Assembly: GCF_009914755.1 (NCBI RefSeq)
Contig: NC_060930.1
Direction: 5' to 3' (one strand)
DNA length: 64,000 nucleotides
Source of the DNA: the human T2T-CHM13v2.0 reference genome, Homo sapiens
Both the position numbers and the translations under genes were made by a program. The notes beneath the pieces are model-generated. The model searched no databases. It saw only the letters and a list, made by a program, of their open reading frames with translations, and was not told where the DNA came from. This document shows, one piece after another, positions 1-13,447 of this stretch. Position 1 is the stretch's first letter; every line of letters starts with the position of its first letter.

Positions 1-356
1 CATGAAAAATACTTTGCTAGCTTTATTTGTTCTAGGAGATGGTCATCCATCTTGTTATCCAATTCCTGAATATGTTGACCTAAGGCGTCAAGGGAAAATG
101 ATATCAAGCTCCCTTCTTTGCTATAAATTACCCAATGTCGTAAAGCAAACGTTGTTCAGTAATGTTTTGGCAATTGTAGATGGATTGTTGGTCTTTGCAG
201 TACAAAATGTTACTTTACAAGAAGCCACAAAGTCTAGAGCTTATATGTGAAGTATGGATTCCTTTCAAGAGCTTTTCAATCCAATACTCTTTTTTCTCCT
301 AAAAACAGTTTGTTGTGAACTTGTGTTTTTCCGTTTTATATGTATATGCCACTTGT

Positions 357-979
<623 letters not shown>

Positions 980-984
980 CAACT

Positions 985-1103
985 CAAGGTCTTCAACCTT
1001 AATCACATCTGCAAATTTCCCTTTGCCATGGAAGGCAATGTCCTCACAGGTACCTGGGATTAGGGAGTAGACATTTTGGGGTACCCGTATTCTGCCTACC
1101 ACA
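985..1103 (-). mobile_element. MLT1 (MaLR) LTR 5' fragment
   Basis: The reverse strand starts tgtggtaggcagaat and includes cctaatcccaggtacctgtgagg and tttgcagatgtgattaagg, typical of the MLT1C/D 5' end. Confidence 0.75.
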
Positions 1104-1391
1104 ATGAGAGATTCTACTTTCAAACAAAACCAGCACAAACTCTTTGGAATAACTGCAGAAGGAAAAAATTTATTTAGAATCAGTTCTACCATCTTCATCT
1201 GGCTTACTGTCACTGCCACATTCAGGAAAGATGTTTTTTTTCAGTGATTTTTGTTTTGCTATCTGTTCATTAGAATGCTAATTAGGTAATCACTATTCTA
1301 CTCTAACTTAGCTAATCATGTTACACTCTAAATTTTGTTTAAAAAAAGTTTGATTAAAAATTAAAATGATTGTAAAAATAATAAATCATAA

Positions 1392-1853
<462 letters not shown>

Positions 1854-3088
1854 TGACAACACCCAAGCTGGTCTATATCCTGTTCAATGAGATGAGACGA
1901 GTTAACTAATCACGGGCTTGGATCTTGAGGCAGTATCAAATTGATATAAACGTTTTGAAACCCCTACTCCCAATTTTTATACTTCCCTTGTTGTGGAAGG
2001 GTTACAGACAATTTGTAGACCAGCACCAGGCCATAGATGACACATTCAATAGCACATGTCTAGGATTTTACCAGAGTGTCCCAAACACCTCTCCCAGGCT
2101 GAGCACAGGGTTATCCTGGCCAGCATCCTAGACAGCCTCAGAGAGTGTTCTATGGGACAGGATCGTGCCCACAGGTCCATAGGCCTGTGACTCTCTCCAG
2201 GGAGGACCTTCCAGGGCAGTCTCTGGGACGAGGAATGACTCAGCCTCAGGCACCCTCTCCTCCAGGCCCCTCCCAGCCCTTTCCCCTTCTTTCCCCTTCT
2301 CCCCACCTCCTGGACTCCAGTTAGGTATGTAGACCTAGTCTGCTAGGTCGAGACACTGATAATCCCCACTTCCTCTCCCAGCCTTGGTTCCAACCCTACT
2401 TTCTTTTCCTTCGCCACCCCACCACCCGCCAACAGCCAATGCCTTTTCGACCTCAACAGTCCCCATCACTTTTCCAGAGACAGCCATTCCCCACCTCCAC
2501 CAAGGGCTCTAAGCACAGGTGGGTCTGGATCTTCCTGGGAAGGTGAACAGCAGGAGTGGTGCGCAGCCGGTTCACAGAGTCCCAGAGTCAAGAGGGGCTG
2601 TGAAAGGCATTCCCTAGGCTGCTGAGACTTGGGGTCCAGGGCTGTGCAGCAGAACTGGGAGGGGCAGGGATCTGAAAACTACCCTTCAAATTCCCCACAA
2701 GAGGCTCCCTTCCCAAGTCCCAGAGGCATGAGAAAGAGAATGGAGGGCAGAGAGCCGAAGGGGCCCGAAGCATCATGGCCATGTCCACCCTTAGGAGGCT
2801 CGGATGGGTGCCCATCCAAAGACTCGAGTGCCTCCTGAGTCCTCTTCCAGTGCTCCTCCTAGACTCAAGGATACAACTGCAGGGGCCCAGTAGAGCCCAG
2901 GCCACAGGTGTGTCTAATTCTGAGCCAGAGGACTTCACAGTTCAGTCCCCACCCCTCAAATTAGTTTTCTTCTCTGGGCGCATGGGCTCTGTTCCCAGTC
3001 TGGTCCAACTCCCCCATCCAGCTCTCCTGCCGGCAGGCACAAGTGAGGTCTCCCACTCACTAACCACGCTCTTTCTCCTCCCTGGCAG

Positions 3089-3224
3089 CCTCTGCCTCCA
3101 CACAGACCTCCTGGACTCCCCGCGACCTGGTCTCTTCACAGACCCAGACCCAGAGCTGTGTGCCTCCCACTGCAGGAGCCAGACAAGCCCCTGAGTCTCC
3201 ATCTACCATCCCTGTCCCTTCACA
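3089..3224 (+). CDS. NCR2: NCR2 (NKp44) stalk exon
   Basis: Acceptor ctccctggcAG (3087-3088) and donor GTGAGT at 3225. Translates (A)SASTQTSWTPRDLVSSQTQTQSCVPPTAGARQAPESPSTIPVPS(Q), recognised as the NKp44 stalk. The leader and Ig-V exons lie upstream of the window. Confidence 0.97.
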
Positions 3225-3294
3225 GTGAGTTTCGGGGTGCCCGTAGCCACACAGGCCTGGGCGGGGGCTGGCAGATGGAGACTTGCCTCCCCAG

Positions 3295-3330
3295 CCCGTC
3301 CTCTCCCCTTCCTGTCCCTCTGCCTTCCAG
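3295..3330 (+). CDS. NCR2: NCR2 alternative 3' splice-site extension (+12 aa stalk)
   Basis: Upstream AG at 3293-3294, 36 nt and in frame. Replaces Q with HPSSPLPVPLPSR, matching my recollection of the long-stalk NKp44 isoform. Confidence 0.85.
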
Positions 3331-3444
3331 GCCACAGAACTCCACGCTCCGCCCTGGCCCTGCAGCCCCCATTGCCCTGGTGCCTGTGTTCTGTGGACTC
3401 CTCGTAGCCAAGAGCCTGGTGCTGTCAGCCCTGCTCGTCTGGTG
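3331..3444 (+). CDS. NCR2: NCR2 transmembrane exon
   Basis: Acceptor tgccttccAG (3329-3330), donor GTGAGT at 3445, phase 2/2. Encodes PQNSTLRPGPAAPIALVPVFCGLLVAKSLVLSALLVW(W), including the intramembrane Lys that pairs with DAP12/TYROBP. Confidence 0.97.
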
Positions 3445-3654
3445 GTGAGTGTGGTGTGGGTTGAACTCGGGGAAAATGGAACAGGGAACAGCTTCTGCCC
3501 AGGATAGAGGGTCAGAGGGGAATCGGCCAGAGAACAGAGGTGGAAATTATAATCGGCAGAGCTCTCCAAATTAAAGCCCTCATGGAGTCCATCCATCTGA
3601 CATGTCACACAGGCTCACCTTTGTCCTTCAGCTGCAAACTTGCAGGAATCTCAT

Positions 3655-3885
3655 CCATGTTTCTCTGTCTCTGTGTTTTCTCCTCTCTCTCTCCCTCTCT
3701 CTCTCTTTCTTCCCCCTGCTCCCTTTTCCTCCCTTTCTCTCTCCATTCCTCCCCCTCCCTCTTTCCCATTCCACCCCCTTCCTCTCTCCCTGTCTCTCTA
3801 CCCCTCCCTCCTCTCCTCTTCTTCCCTCTACCTTTCTCCTTCTCTCCTTCCCTCTCCCCTGTCCTTCCACTCCCCCATCCCTCCA
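3655..3885. repeat. CT-rich polypyrimidine low-complexity tract
   Basis: About 230 bp of almost only C/T in the NCR2 intron between the TM exon and the cassette exon. Confidence 0.9.
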
Positions 3886-4212
3886 TCAGAAACACAGACC
3901 TACACAGCTGGAAAGTCCCTCCCACTACCTGCCCTTCCAGGCAAGCCCAAGTCCAGGGACTCCCTAAAGCCACCATCCCAGGACTCTGCCTCATTCTAGT
4001 CCTGAGGGAGAGAGGGTAGACACAGGAGGGAAACAGCCCCCAGGGAGAAGGGGACACATGGGAAAAAACCATAGGTGGGGCTGAGTGAAAGGTGCAGGGA
4101 CAACTCAGTCAGGCCAGGAGCCGGCTTGCTGGAGGAGGGGCAGGCTTGGGGAAAGGGACAGGGTGTGAGAACGGATTCAAGTCACTTCATGTATTTCTCC
4201 CCTCATCTCAAG

Positions 4213-4319
4213 GGTTTTAAGGAATCGGCACATGCAGCATCAAGGGAGGTCTCTGCTGCACCCAGCTCAGCCCAGGCCCCAGGCCCATAGACACTTCCCA
4301 CTGAGCCACAGGGCACCAG
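4213..4319 (+). CDS. NCR2: NCR2 cassette exon of the ITIM-less isoforms (NKp44-2/-3)
   Basis: Acceptor ctcatctcaAG (4211-4212), donor CAG|GTGGGC at 4320, 107 nt. Encodes VLRNRHMQHQGRSLLHPAQPRPQAHRHFPLSHRAP, then reads the last exon in another frame as GGTYGGKP* (TGA 11996-11998), matching the known alternative C-terminus. Confidence 0.9.
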
Positions 4320-4605
4320 GTGGGCGGCCAGTCTCCAACAAGGCTGGGCTCCCAGCAGCTCCTCCCTGACTTCTGACCTCTGCTGTTATCCGCAAAGAAA
4401 AGGCCAGGACTTGATCCAAGGCCTTTAGCCACGCTCTCCCTGCAGAGCTGCAGAACCCAGGCCCTCTACTTGCTCACCCTCAGTTTGCACTGCGGCCAGC
4501 ACCCCGTTGTGGGAGCAAAGCCCAGCGCCTGCAGCATCTTTCTACCAAACCTGAGTCACTGATGACATTCCCTCTTCCCTGCCTCCTCCTCCTATCTATA
4601 GCCCC

Positions 4606-5221
4606 TGATAAAAGAAAAACGTGAGGCCTGGAACGCTGGTGGCTGACACCTGTAATACCACCACTGTGGGAGGCCAAGGCTAAAGGATGGCTTGAAGCCA
4701 AGAGTTCCCAGTTGCAGTGAGCCATGATCACGCCACTGCACTCCAGCCTGAGCCACGGAGTGAGACCTTGTCTCTAAAACAGAAAAGAAGAAAAGAAACA
4801 CTTTAGACAAAATAAATTTAACAGAGTTTATCTGAGCAAAGAACGATTTGCAAATTGGGCAGCCCTCAGAACCAGAAGAGGTTTAGAGAACTCTGCTCTG
4901 CAACCTGGGCAGTTGTAGAGAGAAAAAAAGACTGAAGAAAGCGGAAACAAGGAACAAAAAGAAATTGGTCATTTCAAAGTTACCTTCTTGGTAAAAGGTT
5001 AAAGCAGAGGGGATTTCCCTACCATACCGGCTAAAACTGACCTGTTCAGGGATTTGGCTGTTACCTCTCTCTCCTAATTTCTCGGAAGGTGAGATAAACA
5101 ACTTGGTTTTGGCTTGGTGGTGTGGAACCTTAGCACCAGTGACCCCATTTTGGTTTGGGCTGTTGGGCCTAGTGCAGGAGCTCAGTCTAAATCAATGGCC
5201 TCTTATTACTCTGATTTAACA
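4606..5221 (-). mobile_element. ERV1 (MER4-group) solo LTR with an inserted Alu monomer (~4625-4780)
   Basis: TG...CA termini (tgataaaag...atttaaca) flanked by a 4-bp TSD CCCC (4602-4605 / 5222-5225). The minus strand has gaggccattgatttagactgagctcctgcactaggccc, typical of MER4-group LTRs. Exact subfamily not assigned. Confidence 0.8.
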
Positions 5222-6959
5222 CCCCAAATCCAGACGCCTGGGTCACCCCAACGTTTCCCTCTCCCTCTGCCCTTGCTCAGCCACACTCTGCCAAGGCCTC
5301 TCCTATTGTGCCTCCTCCCCCTTTCCAAGCCCCTTCACCTCACACTGGCACTCGGACCACTGTGTCAGCCACCTAACAGGGGGTCCTGTCTTCAGTCCCC
5401 GCCTCCTAGATTGTTCCCCTGATATGTCCCTTCCCAACAATACCTCTGTGCATTTCTGCCACCCAGGAATTGAAGTCCAGTGTCGTTACTGGGGTCCCAA
5501 TAATGCTTTGCCTAGATCAGCCACCCCTGTAGCACAGCACCCCACTGTGCTGTCCTTACCACCACCAACATGGCTGCAGCCTCCACAAGGAAGTGAACCT
5601 TTCTTTTTTCCTGCACAAGCTGGTCAAGAGGCGCCTCAACTCGCCACATTCAAGATCACTCCGTGCCTTGCCCCAGGCCTGTCACCCCCACAGTGCTGTT
5701 GTCTCTTTCTGACGCTTACAATCCCGATGTTGGACCTACCAGACTGAGACTGACGTGATTATCTTTTCTCTCCTGTTTGTCATCTATTTTTCTTTATTCC
5801 TACTTTCTGAGAAAGTTCCCCAAGGTTACATTCTATTCAAATGTTTTCAATGTACACGATCACATTTTTCATTTCTAAACGGTCCATTTGTTCTCCGAAT
5901 GTTCCTTTTTATAGCACAGCATGTTTTATTTTGGCAAGCCACATTTTCTCTGGAAATATTAAAGTTTTAACTTTTGAACTTTTCCGAAGCTTTCCATATT
6001 TTCTATGTCCTCCAAGTGCCCATCATATCTTTTATTTTCTCCTTTCATTGACCTCTGTCTTTCTTCAGAGCTTTCTGGAAACCTTTGCCGCTTCTCGGCC
6101 ACCCACTTGCTTAGAAGCCCCATGCGGGCCGCGGGGTGCTGTGGGCTCCAGGCGGATTGGGCGGGAGTATGGCTCCATTTTTTCTCTTTCACAGCTCTGT
6201 TTCTCTAGAAAGGACTCTTAGCTGTCCTTCCTGGGAGTGTAAGTCTAGACCCAGGGTTCTAGGCACCAACTGGAACAGAGCAAAGGGGTCTCGCTGCCCA
6301 ATGTCTGTTCCCACCCAGGCCCCCACTGCACACTCTCTCTCTGTGGCGCCCTGTGCCCTGAGCAGAGCATCTCTGTGTCACCCTCATCAGAGACTTACCT
6401 CAAGCTCTCTGCAGCTGTTGAGAGAGAGGAAAGACAGAGGATGTGGGCAGCTAACCTACTCTCAGTCTCACGGAAGCCAGAGAATCTAGGAGTCTAAGTG
6501 ATTCTTAAAGTTCCAACCTGTTCTCTGGTTTCCAGCACCCACTTCAACCCTGCCTTAAGAGATACCTGCACCTCCCATTTCTCCAACTTTCTGGGGTTCC
6601 AAGGTAAAAATGACTTCCCTCTTATTCCCCCACTCCCACCAGCTCTCTCTGATCTGTGAAGTCATCTGATTTTACCCACCTTCAAAACATGTATGGAGCT
6701 CTCTGTTTATCTTTGAGGATGGGTTTATGCCATTTTTATCCAGTTATTGCTGCTTTCACCTTCTTGGCAAGAGTGAGGAGGGACCCCAGATTTTCCATCA
6801 AAACACCCCTCCCCAGCACCCGCCACCAAGGGCAGGAGCAAGTGAGATCCCAGGTCTCCACTTGCTCCTGTAAAGACTCCTGGCCCCCTCCCCTTCCCCC
6901 AAGGTCAGCACTCAGACTCCAGTACAGCCTCTTGGTGCCTTATTATATCCCTGTTCACT

Positions 6960-8940
<1,981 letters not shown>

Positions 8941-8944
8941 CATT

Positions 8945-11405
8945 TGATGTTGCATAATAAATTAGCCCCAAAACGTAGTAGCTTAAAACAACAAATGATA
9001 CATATTCATTAGGTCACAGGTTTTTTGGGGGGATGGGGGTGTGATCAGAAATTTGGGAACAACTTAGTTGGGTGTTCCTGGCTCAGAACCTCTCTGGTGT
9101 CGCAGTCAGGATGTCAGCAAGAAGTGCGGTGGTAGGGAGGCTTGATGGAGGGCCGTGCCCAAGACGGTGCATCCTCATGTGGTTGCTCGCACAGGCCTCA
9201 GTGCTTTGCCATGTGAGCCTTTCTTCACGGCAAGGGAACTAACTTCCCAAGTGTGACTGATCCAAGAGAGGGTGCGGAAGGAGGAAGTCATAGTGCCATT
9301 AATAACCTAGTCTCTGAAATCACAAACCGTTGCTTCTGCCATATTCTACTCATCGGAAGCCAGTCATTGGGTCCAGCCCAATGGGATTCGCCTCCAACCC
9401 TTGAAGGAAGGTATATTAAAGAATTCGTGCCTGTATTTTAAAACCACCACAGTACTTGCTCTGGCCACAAATTATTTACATTCCTCCCACATGCAAAAAT
9501 ACACTCAGTCCCACCAAAGGTCTCCCAAAGTCTCATCCCATTATGGCGTCAGGATGAGGTCCAGGAACTCATCATTTAAACCAGGTCCAGGTGTGGAGGA
9601 AATTCCTCAGGTGTAATTCCTCAAATACAATTCTCAGTATGAAGACCTGTGAGCTAGAGACAAGTTATCTGCCACACACACAACCCCAATGTCCAATGCA
9701 GTACAGTCATAGGAAAACCACTACAGATATTTTTGTTCAAAAGAGGTGGAAGGGGGAGACAAAAAAAAAAGTCACTGGTCCTTAGAAAATCAGAACTTTA
9801 GCTGGGAAAATGTTGGAAATTCCTTGATTCAGACACTGCTCAACTCCTACCTAGAAATAATTCTCAGTGGTCGTGGCTCCTTCCTCTGTGCTCGAGTATG
9901 TCTTCTGAGCCACCCTTCTCTTTCCATGAAAGGCAGCCCATATTTACAGCTTCGTAACTTCCTCAGGCTGCTTCCTGCCAGTTTAATTTGGGGGATACAA
10001 AGTGAGATCCCAGATTTTATGCTATTTCTGTTCCTTTCAGTCCAATCTGGCAGTGTTTTGTGACTGTCATTCTCTTAAAAAAAATGTGGATCTCCTGTAA
10101 AACTTATTGTGACTCACTCCATTAGACAAAGACCATACCCACAAATTTCTCCAAGAGAAGATCTCTTCCACACCATGTGCTTCTGACAAGAAAGTGAGGA
10201 TAATGTCTTTATACTTCTTAGAAGATCTAATGTTCGACTGAAAAATCTATGAAGCACGCACCCTTAAATTCATGAAAGGGCCTTTTGCCTGAGACACTAT
10301 GTGAAATAATAATTATTATACATTATTGAAATCATTATAATTTTATATAAATTATTATAGTTTATTATATTTTTAATATATTTTATAAATTTTTTATATT
10401 TTTATTTTTTATATTTTATTTATATATTTTATATTAATTTTTATTAATAATTTTAAATAAATTATAATTTTATATATTATGCATATATTATCATGTATAT
10501 AATTTTCATATATATATATATTTCTTTGACCCTAGTTCCTGACACAGAGCTCCTGAGACCCTTATAAATGGGAGTGCTAAGATAATCTTTTGTTCTCATA
10601 TTTGGTCTTTGACCTCTGCTCCTGACACAGAGCTCCTAAGACCTTTCTAATCTCCTGAGTGATAGGAGTGTCTAACACAGAGGTCCTACCTCCCTTGGAA
10701 TTTCCTGGCATCTTTTCCTCTAAAGAGGTGACTCTTAGTGTGCTCTTGGATGGGGGCTGGTCACCAGAAGGATCAATCCATGATTGAAAGCTTGGAACTT
10801 TCACCCCACCTCCCATACCCCAGGGAGGGGAGGGGGCTGAAGACTGCATTAATCATCAATCAAGCTGACATGATGAAGTCTCTGTAAAAATCACAAAAGT
10901 AAGGTTCAGGAGCTTCTGAGTTGGTGAACACATTCATGTGCTGGGAGGTATGGTGCACCCCAGCTCCACAGAGACCAGAAGCTCCTGCCCTCCAGCCCTT
11001 CCATACCTGAAAACAATTTGGTTTTTCCTACTAAACACACAACTTTCTGAGGTCTTAACAAAGGATTTTACAGCATAGCCTTGGTTTCATCTTTAGACCA
11101 CATATTCCTGAACGTGCCCTGGATTTGATTTTAGCATCATTTACTGTCTGGAGGCTGAGAATTTTTTAAGTCATCAAGTCCCAGCTCCCTCATGTTGAAT
11201 AATCCTGCCTAGAGTTTACCTCTCACCTCTCTCATTTCACAATGAGCCACAAGAAGAAACCAGGTAGCACTTTCAAGAGTTTGCCTGGAAATCCTAGCTG
11301 TACAACCCAGCTCATGAGGGACATTTTCTACTTTCCACATTACTGCAGATGACAGTGTTGCTAAACTTTCTGCCATTGTGTAACAAAGAACCCCCTTCCT
11401 TTTTA
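8945..11405 (-). mobile_element. MLT1 LTR plus MLT1 internal region, interrupted by MER21
   Basis: LTR signature cccaaaacgtagtagcttaaaacaac...tttaaaaccaccaca (~8945-9451), followed by MaLR internal sequence. Confidence 0.7.
10300..11010 (+). mobile_element. MER21-type LTR with an AT-rich expansion at its 5' end
   Basis: Repeated tcctgacacagagctcct units, gggggctggtcaccagaag, ttggtgaacacattcatgtgctgggagg. Confidence 0.75.
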
Positions 11406-11972
11406 CCAACTAAATGATGCTGGAAAAGTTTCTTAAGGTCTCTACCCCGAGTCTTCTTATTGGTAAAAACAGAACTGATAACACACATATTACCAAGCTA
11501 TTTGGATTTCTAAGTAGGGTGATGTATTCAAAAAGCACCAGACAAAAGGAGAACACCCAACAAAGGCTGAGTTTTAGAGGGAGTGAGGTGTAGAAGAAAG
11601 CAGACTCAACTGTGACACAGCAGAGACCATCTGCCTTTCCAGAGCTTACTGCAGCTGAAAAGACAGATAATAGTGTGTGGGCAGAGGGTGAACCTGGAGA
11701 CTTGAAGGAAACAGGCCCCTCTTCTTGGTGGACAGTAGAGGAAAATAAAGGAAAAAATCAGGGTGAGGAAACTGACCAAACTGGGCTCAAAATCCATGCA
11801 TGCTCACTGACACTTTTCTGGCAGCAGTGGCCAGGAGCAGACTTCATCCTTGTGAGGTGGGTATGGCAACCAACCCTGCGAGTAGTGGGATGGGGAAGGG
11901 GTTGCCTCTGCACCTATGTGCAATTATGTGGCAGTCTCTGACCACCTTCCTGGTTTCCTGCTCTGATTGCAG

Positions 11973-12159
11973 GGGGGACATATGGTGGAAAACCATGATG
12001 GAGCTCAGGAGCCTGGATACCCAAAAAGCCACCTGCCACCTTCAACAGGTCACGGACCTTCCCTGGACCTCAGTTTCCTCACCTGTAGAGAGAGAAATAT
12101 TATATCACACTGTTGCAAGGACTAAGATAAGCGATGATGATGATGAACACACTTTGTGA
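11973..12159 (+). CDS. NCR2: NCR2 terminal coding exon (NKp44-1 cytoplasmic tail with ITIM-like ILYHTV)
   Basis: Acceptor tttcctgctctgattgcAG (11971-11972). Encodes GDIWWKTMMELRSLDTQKATCHLQQVTDLPWTSVSSPVEREILYHTVARTKISDDDDEHTL*; ILYHTV is at 12097-12114. Confidence 0.97.
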
Positions 12160-12160
12160 A
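11975..12160 (+). mobile_element. MIR SINE overlapping the NCR2 terminal exon
   Basis: cctcagtttcctcacctgta (12068-12087) matches the MIR core cctcagtttcctcatctgta. Flanks ccttcaacaggtcac and tgttgcaaggactaa align with ccttgggcaagtcac and tgttgtgaggattaa. Confidence 0.75.
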
Positions 12161-12161
12161 T

Positions 12162-12197
12162 AATAAAATTATCTGAATGTTTTATTCCTGTTGTTTC
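12162..12197 (+). terminator. NCR2: NCR2 polyadenylation signal and GU-rich downstream element
   Basis: AATAAA at 12162-12167, starting 3 nt after the stop codon; tgttttattcctgttgtttcc downstream. Confidence 0.85.
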
Positions 12198-13103
12198 CTA
12201 AGTTTCCTTCAAACTCTGTCTGCATCCGCACATTTGATCTCTAGGGGACCAGCTTCTCTAGTTTGCCCTCTTTCCTCCATCATAACCCTTTCTTATCTTC
12301 AGTTCACCTGATGTCCCCTGTACGTCTGGGAGCTGCCTTAGATGCTGTTATAATCAGGGAAGGGCACTGTACACAAGCCCAGTGAGTAGAAAGGCTGTGG
12401 GCGAGCAAGGCTTGGAAACAAGACCTGGGTTTGTTTTCTCAGCTCAGCCCTGTATGAACTCGGACAGATAGGTCACTGCCCCTCTCTGAACGTCCGTTTC
12501 TTTCTCTAGAAAATGAAGGGGGTGGAGATGAGTTCTGAAACCCCTTCCCCATGAGGATAAGTCAATAAGCATGAACTCAACACCTGCCTGTGCCCAGCTC
12601 AGGGACCAAGCACCACAGGACACAAACAAAAGGAGCCAGCCTGGGAACACAGTTGTGAGTCCATAGGTGGCGGGGCCCCTGTGCAAGATTCCAGCACAGG
12701 CTGAGGGAAGGGGACAGTGGAGGGGGAGCAAAGCTGAAAATATGTGGCTGGAGAGGGATAGAAAAGCAGGACACTAGTGGGTACCAGACAGTGGGGGAAG
12801 GAGCCCAACAAGGATGAGGAACTTTGCTGTGAAGTCATGTTAGTCAGGATGCCATGACCTTCCATGAGCCCGAAAGAGGGCACACAGTCCCAGGAAGGAG
12901 GCGAAACCCTGCCCCATCTCTACTCACCCCTAAGGTTCTGGGAGCTTCCTGGTATCCAGGGAAAATTTAGGCTCCCAGGGTCTGCGGTCTTTTTCTTGGA
13001 AACCCCAGTCTCCGGCTTCCTGTTTCCAGTTTCGCCTTCCTTCCTGGGCTCCTCTGGGTACCAGGCTCCATACCCTGCCAAAGGCTAGAAAGTCTGCGGA
13101 CAG

Positions 13104-13447
<344 letters not shown>

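Noticed and set aside
2333-2350. Hairpin gacctag-tctg-ctaggtc
   Set aside because: A 7-bp stem is expected by chance in 64 kb.
2775-3194. 139-aa ATG ORF overlapping the NCR2 stalk exon
   Set aside because: Different frame from the NKp44 peptide; the real exon is defined by the splice sites at 3089 and 3224.
3540-4072. Pro/Ser/Leu-rich and Gly/Glu/Arg-rich ORFs
   Set aside because: Artefacts of the CT low-complexity tract.
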